Shown: one piece after another, positions 10,494 through 19,261 of the stretch
Position numbering within the stretch: the first letter of the stretch is position 1
Layout: every line of letters starts with the position of its first letter
Assembly (NCBI GenBank): GCA_025457915.1
Contig: JALOTL010000002.1
Location: forward strand, 13,692 to 77,691
Origin: Spirochaetota bacterium
GTDB lineage: Bacteria > Spirochaetota > UBA4802 > UBA5550
Direction: 5' to 3'
Length of the DNA: 64,000 nucleotides
The notes under the pieces: generated by a model
The model's input: only the letters and a program-made list of their open reading frames with translations
What the model was told of the DNA's origin: nothing
The model's database searches: none
Program-made: the position numbers and the translations under genes

Positions 10494-10985
10494 ATGTTTA
10501 AGGTGGGTGATAATGTGGTCTATCCAATGCATGGCGTCGGCAGGATAGATGCGATTGAAAAAAAAGTCGTCCTCGGTAAAAAGGCTGAATATTATATCAT
10601 CACCATCCAGTCCAGCGGGATGAAGGTCATGATACCGGTCAAGAACGCGGAAAATATCGGATTGAGAAGCATAATCTCCAAAAAGGAGATTAAAAAGATC
10701 ATCAACGTCCTTGCACAAGAAGAGACTACCACGATGGATGATTGGAAGGAAAGGTATCAGACCAATATCGACAAAGTTAAAAGCGGATCGGTTTACGAGG
10801 TGTCTGAAGTGGCCCGCGACCTGTACAGAAGGGGCTGTGAAAAGGAATTATCAATAATGGAAAGAAAGCTTTACGAAAACGCTTACCAGCTTGTTACCCA
10901 CGAGATCGCCCTGGCAAAGGAAATCGATATTGAAGAAGCCGGACATATTGTCTCGGAAGCCCTCTCGACCCATACAAAAGGATAA
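10494..10985 (+). CDS. carD: CarD-family transcriptional regulator
   Basis: MFKVGDNVVYPMHGVG, W.ERY signature. Confidence 0.93.
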   Translation: MFKVGDNVVYPMHGVGRIDAIEKKVVLGKKAEYYIITIQSSGMKVMIPVKNAENIGLRSIISKKEIKKIINVLAQEETTTMDDWKERYQTNIDKVKSGSVYEVSEVARDLYRRGCEKELSIMERKLYENAYQLVTHEIALAKEIDIEEAGHIVSEALSTHTKG

Positions 10986-11084
10986 ACCCTTCCCCAGGAT
11001 CCAATTACGCGCATGTTTTGATCTTGCATAGATCGAGGCCGGGGTCTGACCCGGACCGTTTATATATTTTACCGGAGTTTTGAA

Positions 11085-12086
11085 ATGATTATTGTAATGA
11101 GGGTTTTATTCATAGGCACCACGATGCTTTTTTCGGTGCTTTATTTCGTCAACATCTCACTCAAGGCGGCCCTGATCTCCGCCGGTATTTCCGCCGTGCT
11201 CGGACTCGGGATGGTAATTGTAATAGAGTATGTTTCCCATACCTTTTCCGCCAGGATGTGCCTCTCGGCGATCATAGGACTGCTTATCGGCCTCACTCTT
11301 GCGCACCTGGTGAGCCTGGCCATTTCGACGCTGACCTTTGAGCTGTTCACGGAATACATCCAGATAATCAAGGCGCTGATTTATCATGTCATCGGCTTCG
11401 CGGTGATGATGTTTTTCATCATCAATTACGAGGAGATAAAGATCCTGGACAAGATAATCCCGCTGAAGATAGACGACGGGGACAAGTATGTCTACTACAA
11501 GATACTGGACACGAGCGTGATCATCGACGGCCGCATCTCCGACATCTGCGACACGGGTTTCCTCGAAGGCATCTTGGTGATACCGAATTTCGTCCTTAAC
11601 GAACTTCAAATGATCGCGGACTCGGCCGATTCGATCAAGAGGAATAGGGGCAGGAGGGGGCTGGACATCCTGAACAAGATGCAGAAGGACCAGTCCATAA
11701 TGGTGAAGATATCCGACATGGACTTCCCGGACATACACGAGGTGGACGCCAAGCTCGTGCGGCTGGCGAAGGTAATGAAGGCCAAGATCATAACGAATGA
11801 TTTCAACCTGAACAAGGTCGCGGAATTCCACGGGGTCCCGGTCCTGAATATCAATCTTCTCTCAAACGCGCTGAAGCCGGTCGTGCTCCCGGGCGAGGAG
11901 ATGAAGGTCAATCTCATCAAGGAAGGGAAGGACCAGAACCAGGCCATAGGATACCTCGATGACGGTACGATGGTCGTTGTGGAAAACGGACGCAGGAGGA
12001 TGAACGAGGAGGTCCCCGTCATAGTCACCTCGGTCCTGCAGACCACCGCCGGGAGGATGATCTTCACCAGGCTTAAAGAAGATTGA
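11085..12086 (+). CDS. PIN/TRAM-domain membrane protein (YacL family)
   Basis: 4 TM helices, [40 protein letters not shown]. Confidence 0.93.
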   Translation: MIIVMRVLFIGTTMLFSVLYFVNISLKAALISAGISAVLGLGMVIVIEYVSHTFSARMCLSAIIGLLIGLTLAHLVSLAISTLTFELFTEYIQIIKALIYHVIGFAVMMFFIINYEEIKILDKIIPLKIDDGDKYVYYKILDTSVIIDGRISDICDTGFLEGILVIPNFVLNELQMIADSADSIKRNRGRRGLDILNKMQKDQSIMVKISDMDFPDIHEVDAKLVRLAKVMKAKIITNDFNLNKVAEFHGVPVLNINLLSNALKPVVLPGEEMKVNLIKEGKDQNQAIGYLDDGTMVVVENGRRRMNEEVPVIVTSVLQTTAGRMIFTRLKED

Positions 12087-12087
12087 A

Positions 12088-12666
12088 GTGAAAATATTTT
12101 CCATATACGGAAGTCCCAGGGACGACGGTTTTTCATCAGCGCTTCACGATGTTTTCCTGGATTCCCTGGATCCGGGTTTTTTCATAGAAAAAACATCCGT
12201 TTACAGTCTTGCAGTTTCTCCGTGCACCGGCTGCGGTTTCTGCAGGGACAATCCTTCATGCCCCATCGATGACTTGATGAGGCCCGTTTACGGCGGTCTC
12301 AGGGACTCCGACGCGGTCGTCATATCATCGCCGGTTTATTTTTCCTCTGTCCCCGGTCAGCTTAAAAATGTTATTGACCGGTGCCAGGTTTTATGGGAGG
12401 AACATATAAGGCGCGGCGTGCCTTACAGGAAAAAAGCGGGTTTCATCATACTTGCTTCCGGGTCGGATTACGGGAGCGTTTTTAAACCGTCTGTAACCGT
12501 GCTCGGTCATTTTTTTAAAAGCATAAACTGCGTCCTCGGTCAGTATGACATGATGCTGGTCCCGGGGACGGACGGCATGACCGGCGTCGGCCCGGAATTG
12601 ATCGGGGAGGTCCGGTCCCGCGCGGCTGATTTTTCAGGAAGGCTCGCCGCATCAGATAAAAATTGA
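12088..12666 (+). CDS. Iron-sulfur flavoprotein / NADPH-dependent FMN reductase family
   Basis: GSPR, CTGCGFC....SC, SPVYF..VPGQLK..IDR. Confidence 0.85.
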   Translation: MKIFSIYGSPRDDGFSSALHDVFLDSLDPGFFIEKTSVYSLAVSPCTGCGFCRDNPSCPIDDLMRPVYGGLRDSDAVVISSPVYFSSVPGQLKNVIDRCQVLWEEHIRRGVPYRKKAGFIILASGSDYGSVFKPSVTVLGHFFKSINCVLGQYDMMLVPGTDGMTGVGPELIGEVRSRAADFSGRLAASDKN

Positions 12667-12678
12667 ACCGGTGGCGCA

Positions 12679-13950
12679 ATGAGGCTAATCTTCGAAATCA
12701 ACATATCGGTCAAAAAGGGAAGCCTCCCCGACCTCATCCATAAGCTTACCCGCGGCGGCTGCGAGATCCAGAGGCTCGGCCTTACGGAGATGGCCGGCGG
12801 TGAAGAAGCCTATACCATCGAGGCCGTATACCATAAAAGCGAAGGCTTCAACGAATTCATATCCGAAATATCCGCTTCCGACGAAAGGTTCAGGACCATA
12901 TCCGTAAGGAACTCCCTGCAGGACAAGATATCCGGCGGCCTGCTGTCTTTTTCATCAAGGCTTCCCCTGGAGAACATGAGCGACTACCTTACCGGATTGA
13001 TAGGCGGGCACGACCTCATCCAGGAAAAGATCAGTGAGGGAAAGGGATCGGAATTCGCCGGGGTCGCGAGAAGCGTGGGGCTCGTGTCCGGGGTAAGGTC
13101 CGGCGATGAATCGAAGATCAAGGAGATCCTCAGCAGGTATTCCTCGGCCGAAAAGGACTCCGTCCTCATCAACCGCTTCACCGGGCTGAACGCCTTCCCT
13201 GTCGTCATCAGGTGCGACCAGCCGGAGGATTTTCTCAAGCACCTGAAGTCCATTGAAAGCAATTTTTCCGCCGTAAGAATTTTCGACGTCGACGGCGCCG
13301 ACATGATGATGTACGGCCAGATAATGTCCGGGATCAATATCCCGGTGCTCTCGAGGATGCTCGACGACATACCGGTATATCTTCTGGCGCTTGCCGGCAG
13401 GGTCGTTTCAAAGAACAGGCTGATATGGAAGGAACTCACGGCCGGTGTTGTGGGGATCGACGTATCCACGATAAGGACCTCGGTGCTGCTCGCCAAGATG
13501 GGGTGCAGGAGGGTGCTGGGATACGAAAACAACGAAAAATACATGCTCTCCTTCGAAAATTTCGGGGGCCTCGCCACAACGGCTGTGAACATCTTCGAGA
13601 ACGCCGACATAATTTTCCTTTTAAAAAGGAACTTCGACAGGAGCGAGCTTGCGAACCTCAGGCCGGGTCAGTACCTGATAAGCATGTTCGAGCTTGACGA
13701 CTCCGAATTGAAGATCATCAAGGACAGGGGAATAAGGGAGGTCATAAGGGGCGACATCGAATCGCTTTCAATGATTTTTCCGGGCGTGCTCATGGGGCTC
13801 GTTAAATCCGGGAAGAGCTCCTTCAATGATTCCATGGTGCTGGGTCTTTCGAAAAAAATAGAGGGGATGCTGGGCGGCCAGTACAGGCTTCCGGACGTTT
13901 TCAGCGGCATCCATGACGAGATAGCGGAGGCCGTTTCATCTGAAATCTGA
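12679..13950 (+). CDS. ACT-domain + malic-enzyme-like protein, degenerate active site
   Basis: Alignable by eye to MaeA/MaeB (GG.L....R.PL, F.GLNAFP......P..F....K.I...F, IPV, IFPGV..G), but the catalytic motifs are replaced. Confidence 0.65.
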   Translation: MRLIFEINISVKKGSLPDLIHKLTRGGCEIQRLGLTEMAGGEEAYTIEAVYHKSEGFNEFISEISASDERFRTISVRNSLQDKISGGLLSFSSRLPLENMSDYLTGLIGGHDLIQEKISEGKGSEFAGVARSVGLVSGVRSGDESKIKEILSRYSSAEKDSVLINRFTGLNAFPVVIRCDQPEDFLKHLKSIESNFSAVRIFDVDGADMMMYGQIMSGINIPVLSRMLDDIPVYLLALAGRVVSKNRLIWKELTAGVVGIDVSTIRTSVLLAKMGCRRVLGYENNEKYMLSFENFGGLATTAVNIFENADIIFLLKRNFDRSELANLRPGQYLISMFELDDSELKIIKDRGIREVIRGDIESLSMIFPGVLMGLVKSGKSSFNDSMVLGLSKKIEGMLGGQYRLPDVFSGIHDEIAEAVSSEI

Positions 13951-14733
13951 CGGGCCGAATTTTTCCGTGACTATTATCCACTCCAGGTTCCTGTGCCTGA
14001 ACAGGCTGTAGGCCGTTTCGGCCCCGGCATTGTCAAGAAAATACATCACGCCGCTCTCGCCGAGGCCCTTGATGTTCATGCGGCCGAACTGCCCGTATTC
14101 CGACTGTATCGAGGCGCTGTCCGCCGTGATTTTATACTTTTTATCGAGGCCGATGGCCTCTGATTTTTCCCCCACCGTTTCCCTGAGCCTGGCCATTCCG
14201 ATCTGGAGCACGAAGATCCCGGACGATGCCCCGTTTTCCAGCCGCGAAGAAATAAAGAGGGAATACCCGTCCTCCCTGTCGACCTTCAGAACGTCGCTGT
14301 AATAGGCGTCCCTTCCTGATTCGGTATAGCATTTATAAAGGCCGGAATTCTTGAGCTGCGTCGCCGCGTTTTTTCCGAAGACCCTGTCGTTTTTCATGGT
14401 ATAGATCACCGTGCCGGAGGAGTTCATCAGGATGTAGTCGCAGTACAATCCCCTCGTAACCGAATTTATAAGCCGGGTTATGGCCTCCCTTTCAAGAAGG
14501 TAGTATTTTCTTCCGCCTGAATCCATGCGGTGCAGGTGGGAAAGGTTCTTCACGAGGCCGTGCGAAATTATCACTTTCCCGGCCCTGGCCATGTCGGCCT
14601 CGCAGACGGAGAAAAGCCTTTTAAGCGAGATGGATGCCGGGTCTGCCGATCCGGGCGCCTGTCCGGTCGACATGATATCCGGTCCGGAAGTGCAGGAAAT
14701 GATCAGTATGGATAATAATATGGCTTTCTTCAT
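13936..14733 (-). CDS. Lipoprotein with a Cache-like sensory domain
   Basis: LIISC lipobox; YCDYILMNSSGTVIYTMKNDRVFGKN resembles the chemoreceptor dCache segment YYDIFLID..G.IVYTV.KE.DFG.N. Confidence 0.65.
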   Translation of the reverse strand: MKKAILLSILIISCTSGPDIMSTGQAPGSADPASISLKRLFSVCEADMARAGKVIISHGLVKNLSHLHRMDSGGRKYYLLEREAITRLINSVTRGLYCDYILMNSSGTVIYTMKNDRVFGKNAATQLKNSGLYKCYTESGRDAYYSDVLKVDREDGYSLFISSRLENGASSGIFVLQIGMARLRETVGEKSEAIGLDKKYKITADSASIQSEYGQFGRMNIKGLGESGVMYFLDNAGAETAYSLFRHRNLEWIIVTEKFGPSDFR

Positions 14734-14957
14734 GTTAATCTCCGGGTTTTCTCTGGTTATATGATCGATAAATTAATAGCGGCGCATTAGAAAATTAGCC
14801 GGGGGACGGCTCCAGATAAAGAGAACCGTAATTATGCTTCAGGATTTTTATGAAAATTATTTCCGGTTTCATTGAAAATATTTGCATTGATTGATTCAGC
14901 CGGGGTATATATGATATCGATCGATAATAAATTAGAACTAATCAAAGGTTATGTGAA

Positions 14958-15707
14958 ATGAAAAAAGTTATTTTTATAATGTTGTTTTTCGTTTTGACGG
15001 TTTTTGAATTATCATCATTCGCTATAGGTTTCGGGGGATACGTAAACGGCGGACTGGGCCAGACCATGTGGGGAACAAGCAGGACTTCATCTGAAAAACA
15101 TATCGGTTTCGGAGGCATCTTCGACACCAACGTCGGCAGTGATTCATTGTTCAATTACAGATTTTCTTTTTCCGCTGACAAATATGTATCGAAGATCAAC
15201 CGTAGTGGTAAAAGAGTGAATTTTCCATTTGAACCGCCGGTTATAATCGTAGAAAATACTTTGAATTCAGGCAGGCTTAAGTTTTACAGGTACGGCATTG
15301 AGAATATTTTTGGGTTTGGTCTGATAAGGACCGATAAAATTCGTTTCTGGGTGGGCCCGGGCCTCGGAATAAATTATTCAGAGATAGAAAGGACGAGAAT
15401 ATTTTCATATCAGACCATGCCGAGCGCTTTATATACCTATACCTGGCAGGCTATCCCGGTGCATAAAAGATTTAAAAGTATTACCGTAAATTTTGAATTG
15501 GCAATCGGATTAAACGTGAATCTGACTGAAATGCTTTCCATATTCTTGCAGACAGGTGCAAGGTACTGTATGATGAATGGAGAAAAGGCTACAAAAATAC
15601 ATCAGCCCTATTCCGGCTTCGGCCATGGATACGACTGTTACGCCAGGGCGGGTGTGATTTTCAGGTTCCTTGAGAACAAGAGCGGAAATGAACCTGTCAG
15701 TGAATAA
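14958..15707 (+). CDS. Outer-membrane beta-barrel protein (OMP-1)
   Basis: Signal peptide, alternating aromatic/Gly strands (GFGGYVNGG, FDTNV, FNYR, FGFG, RFWVGP, IGLN); paralog of 18272..18985. Confidence 0.75.
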   Translation: MKKVIFIMLFFVLTVFELSSFAIGFGGYVNGGLGQTMWGTSRTSSEKHIGFGGIFDTNVGSDSLFNYRFSFSADKYVSKINRSGKRVNFPFEPPVIIVENTLNSGRLKFYRYGIENIFGFGLIRTDKIRFWVGPGLGINYSEIERTRIFSYQTMPSALYTYTWQAIPVHKRFKSITVNFELAIGLNVNLTEMLSIFLQTGARYCMMNGEKATKIHQPYSGFGHGYDCYARAGVIFRFLENKSGNEPVSE

Positions 15708-15765
15708 AAGAAAGTGGAAACTGAAGATTAAAAAAATTTTTATGATCGACGGAAACGTCCCGATG

Positions 15766-15796
15766 AAAAAACCCCGGCGCAGACCGGGGTTTTTTT
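15766..15796. terminator. Bidirectional intrinsic terminator
   Basis: AAAAAACCCCGG-cgcaga-CCGGGGTTTTTT; lies between OMP-1 and the duplicated pcrA stop codon. Confidence 0.85.
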
Positions 15797-16018
15797 ACGG
15801 CATTTTTTCAAGGGGCGTGTATTTTTCGAGGAATGTCTTTTTCCCGCTCGTAAAAGCGATAGTCAGCTTGATGTTGTCGCCCTCGCCCTCTATCCTTTCG
15901 ATCCTTCCCGGCCCGTATTTCGGGTGCATCACCCTTTCCTTTACGCTGAACATCGACCCGGTGTCCCTGGGCGCGTCGCCGGACCGGAATTCCAGGTCCT
16001 CCTGTTCCCGTCCTGCCC
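15785..16018 (-). repeat. Direct-repeat copy of the pcrA 3' end (orphan C-terminal fragment)
   Basis: 15795-15985 matches 19262-19452 at 187/191 nt; 16001-16018 matches 19451-19468 at 17/18 after a 17-nt insertion. Confidence 0.97.
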
Positions 16019-16019
16019 G

Positions 16020-16243
16020 TCGGATTGAATTATCACATCTCCGAAACCATGACGCTTCTGTTCCAGTCTGGAGGAATGGTTTTTCTCTCTAAGGGCCCTG
16101 CGCACAACAGCTCGTGCTACGAGGGCGTAAGCGTGGGATATGAATACTACGGCAGGATGGGGATCATGTTCAGGTTCAATGAGACCTGGAGCGATGCGGC
16201 GCCTGTAAAGGACGTGAAAAAAGCCGAAGATGAAGGTGTCTGA
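16020..16243 (+). pseudogene. Orphan C-terminal fragment of a third beta-barrel OMP paralog
   Basis: GLNYHISETMTLLFQSGG...GYEYYGRMGIMFRFNE aligns with OMP-1 GLNVNLTEMLSIFLQTGA...GYDCYARAGVIFRFLE and OMP-2 GLNYHLTES; no signal peptide or N-terminal two-thirds. Confidence 0.8.
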
Positions 16244-16291
16244 TGATTGGCCGGCGCATACAGATGATAAAGCCCTGCGTTTGGATTTTCA

Positions 16292-16915
16292 TCATTTTCT
16301 CTTGGTCAGCTCGTCTATTATCGATCTTCTGACCTGTATCATTGTTTTCAGTTCGGCTTCAGTGAATTTAACGAACTGAGGATCAAGTCCCTTCCTGTCT
16401 TCTGTAGCAATAGTGTTGACCCTTTCGATATTGGCGGCCAGGCCGAGCCGCATGAATTCAAGAAGATCTGTCGGATATTCTTTGAGTTTTTCCTTTTTTT
16501 CCGCAAGGCCCTGCGTTAAATATTTTTCGGCGGGAATGCCCACGGTCTGATACGCGTTGAAATATGAATCGCTGAGTTTCTTCAAGTAATCCTTATATTC
16601 CGGACCGGAAGAGGATTTGACCTCTCTCAATCTCGTCTTAACATCGCTCATCGCCCCGCTTTCTTTCAAGGATGGTTTGTATTCTGGCTTCGTTTCGTTT
16701 TGAGGCAAAAGGCACGGACACCCCCTGTCTATATTATTATAAAAATCCTCCATTTCCATGGCCACGGCCTGTTTTTGTGCCGGCGTGAGCCCCTGTGAGA
16801 CTGCAAGCCCGGACAATATATTTTTTGTCCGGCCCGTTGAAGATGCTTCTTCAGAACAACCGGCCGTCAGCAGGAAGGCAACGCCAATAACAACATATAA
16901 AACTTTAAAACACAT
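16292..16915 (-). CDS. Lipoprotein of unknown function
   Basis: LLTAGC lipobox, AGGAGG SD, 15 nt downstream of the SGNH gene. Confidence 0.8.
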   Translation of the reverse strand: MCFKVLYVVIGVAFLLTAGCSEEASSTGRTKNILSGLAVSQGLTPAQKQAVAMEMEDFYNNIDRGCPCLLPQNETKPEYKPSLKESGAMSDVKTRLREVKSSSGPEYKDYLKKLSDSYFNAYQTVGIPAEKYLTQGLAEKKEKLKEYPTDLLEFMRLGLAANIERVNTIATEDRKGLDPQFVKFTEAELKTMIQVRRSIIDELTKRK

Positions 16916-16930
16916 ATAATACCTCCTGTT

Positions 16931-18253
16931 TCAAATCGGAGTGAATGTATAATAGGTGGTATTGATCACGAAAACCCAGTGAAACGGTTCCGCATAGAAA
17001 AACGCGTCAAGGACCGTATTGTATTTTAAAAGATAGCTTCTTTCATTCTCGCAGGTATCAACTGCCGTGACCTTGACTTCGCATGAAGGGACCATGGGGT
17101 CCATATTGATTTTATAAAGGCCTTCGGTCATCTTTTCCGCGTTCGTCACGTCGAGGATATTGTTCTGGTCAGACACGCTGAAGATGTACGGTATAGGCGG
17201 AAGATAGAAACCGCATAGCCCCACCCTGGTGATGCTGCCCGATGCCGGTCCTGAAACAGCCGGGGGATTCAATTCCGGCGTTCTGCAAAGGGCCGGGTTT
17301 TTCGGAAGCCATTTCAATGCCCCCAGCTTTTTCGCGATCATCTCCCCCCAGAGGGCGTTGCCGATCGGGGAGAAATGAACTCCATCGCCCGGTATGTAAT
17401 CAATAGGCTGACAATTTATATTAAAAATCAACCTGCTAAAATACGTATCATGAGTATGTAAAAGTTCGACTCTGTTTTCAAAAGATGGATTCTTCTTCAA
17501 TGAAGGAATTAGAACGGAACTATATTTTGCATTATAGATAAGGACCATCATTTCAGCGATAAAATTCATCTGTACGTCCCAGTTCCAGTCTTTTTTATCT
17601 TTATCTTTATATGATAATGCAACAGGTGCAATATCACTTAAAAGAACCTTATTTTGATTGTGACTGTTCAGAATTTTTGGTATGATGAAACTGAGGTTGC
17701 CGACCGCCCAGTCGGACGTGACATGCCCCCAGCAGGAAACGAAACAGAGGGAAACGAGAATGTCGCTCGCGCTTCCGAAAAGCTTGTCCCGCAGTGAGCT
17801 GTTCAAAAATTTTTTCAAAGCATCAAGTATTCCTGGCATTTTATGTTTACCATTACTATTATCATCTTTATTCATCATGATAGGTAAATATAGATCATTC
17901 CCCCCGAGTGATATAAATGCCACATATGGCTCAACAGGTTCATTTAAAGGAGGATTTATTCTCATATTGTGATAAGTATTAACGAAAGTATCAATGCCTG
18001 TAAATGGTGGCAGAAACATAGGATCCATTCTCCACATGATAGTCGACCAGAACGGCCTGCCTTCATTGAATATTGCTTTCGGAGGGTTGGAAGTGTCTAA
18101 AACCGGTACTGAAGTAGAAGAATATAAAGCATTTGTTATATATGGACTCTTTAGAAAAAAAGCTCGGCTGTCGCCCATGATAATCAGCGGATCACTTGCA
18201 TTGGCAATATTGTTCGAAATGAATATTATAAACATGAGTAATAATTTTTTCAT
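16931..18253 (-). CDS. Secreted SGNH/GDSL hydrolase with a C-terminal beta-rich extension
   Basis: Signal peptide; block I IIMGDS, block III SLGGND, block V DGVH. Confidence 0.85.
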   Translation of the reverse strand: MKKLLLMFIIFISNNIANASDPLIIMGDSRAFFLKSPYITNALYSSTSVPVLDTSNPPKAIFNEGRPFWSTIMWRMDPMFLPPFTGIDTFVNTYHNMRINPPLNEPVEPYVAFISLGGNDLYLPIMMNKDDNSNGKHKMPGILDALKKFLNSSLRDKLFGSASDILVSLCFVSCWGHVTSDWAVGNLSFIIPKILNSHNQNKVLLSDIAPVALSYKDKDKKDWNWDVQMNFIAEMMVLIYNAKYSSVLIPSLKKNPSFENRVELLHTHDTYFSRLIFNINCQPIDYIPGDGVHFSPIGNALWGEMIAKKLGALKWLPKNPALCRTPELNPPAVSGPASGSITRVGLCGFYLPPIPYIFSVSDQNNILDVTNAEKMTEGLYKINMDPMVPSCEVKVTAVDTCENERSYLLKYNTVLDAFFYAEPFHWVFVINTTYYTFTPI

Positions 18254-18271
18254 AACTATCCTCTACAAATA

Positions 18272-18985
18272 TTACGATCCGAGTTTATATATGAAGGAGA
18301 AACTTATTTGACCCGTGTACCCGGCATTATGGATCATTTGTTTTCCTGATAATGGCGCAATATTGAAATAGTAAAAGAAAAAAGGAACTGGATATCCATC
18401 CAATATAGCAAGTCCACCCATCTGACTGAAACCCGTTAAATCGAATTCATAATGCATTATTTTTCTCATAAGATATGATACATCGAAAGCCGCTTCAAAA
18501 GACAAACTTACCGACTCCGTCAAGTGATAGTTCAATCCGATAACCGGACCAGCCGAGATTGAAAAATAATTGAAGCCCTCTCTGAAACCGGCGGCTATCG
18601 CCAACTGGGGCCCAAACCAAAGCCTGACCGTGTCTGATGAATAAAGTCCGAACCCGAAATTATTATTGGCCTTAATATTATAAGTCGTTAAAAAGTGTTT
18701 TTTATTGATTACAGATACTCCGCTTGAATAACTAGTATTATCAAACAACCTCTCCCAATATCTATCAACCCCAAGATTCAGCCTGTAATTGAATCCTTCC
18801 TTATCGACATTGGTATCGTAAAGAAAACCCCCTCCCATCATAGATATGGATGGAAAACCGCCGTAATACTTGTTTGATATGCCGCCTCCTCCAGTGACAT
18901 ACCCGCCTAAACCGGAAGCGGCCATGCAGTTTATTGCCGTGAAAAACACGAAACCAGCAATCAGAATGACTGTTTCCTTTCTCAT
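18272..18985 (-). CDS. Outer-membrane beta-barrel protein (OMP-2)
   Basis: Signal peptide; GLGGYVTGG, YDTNV, FNYR, FGFG, RLWFGP, IGLNYH, the same motifs as OMP-1; TAAGGAG SD. Confidence 0.75.
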   Translation of the reverse strand: MRKETVILIAGFVFFTAINCMAASGLGGYVTGGGGISNKYYGGFPSISMMGGGFLYDTNVDKEGFNYRLNLGVDRYWERLFDNTSYSSGVSVINKKHFLTTYNIKANNNFGFGLYSSDTVRLWFGPQLAIAAGFREGFNYFSISAGPVIGLNYHLTESVSLSFEAAFDVSYLMRKIMHYEFDLTGFSQMGGLAILDGYPVPFFFYYFNIAPLSGKQMIHNAGYTGQISFSFIYKLGS

Positions 18986-19044
18986 TTGATCTCCTTATTA
19001 CTTAAGCGTTGATTTTATTCAAAAAATGACAAAAAATTTATGAC

Positions 19045-19073
19045 ATTATAACAGAGTCATCAATATTTGTCAA
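19045..19073 (-). promoter_or_regulatory. Consensus sigma70 promoter for the OMP-2/SGNH/lipoprotein operon
   Basis: Minus strand reads TTGACA-N17-TATAAT; overlapped by an ATGAC...GTCAT inverted repeat (19040-19060). Confidence 0.8.
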
Positions 19074-19261
19074 TCGGGCGAATTGACTATGAAAAACCTA
19101 ATCCTTTTAGGAAGCGAAACATCAGGGTTTTTGCTGATATCTATAATTGGGGAATTTGTATACATTAGATTATTGATAACCTTTTGTCTGTTGAATATCA
19201 GATAAATCAGGAGCTATGAATTAAATAGCAATGAAAGTATTCGTCGTTGACGCGGGGTTTT

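Noticed and set aside
11085-12086. PIN domain as a toxin-antitoxin toxin
   Set aside because: The TM-PIN-TRAM architecture next to carD is the housekeeping YacL family, and there is no antitoxin.
15670-16092. 140-aa plus-strand ORF (and the similar 19284..19565 ORF)
   Set aside because: Antisense shadow of the duplicated pcrA end; it crosses a terminator. Useful only as a pointer to the repeat.
16020-19252. Prophage, ICE or integron cassette array
   Set aside because: No integrase, phage, conjugation or transposase genes; no attC-like repeats seen.
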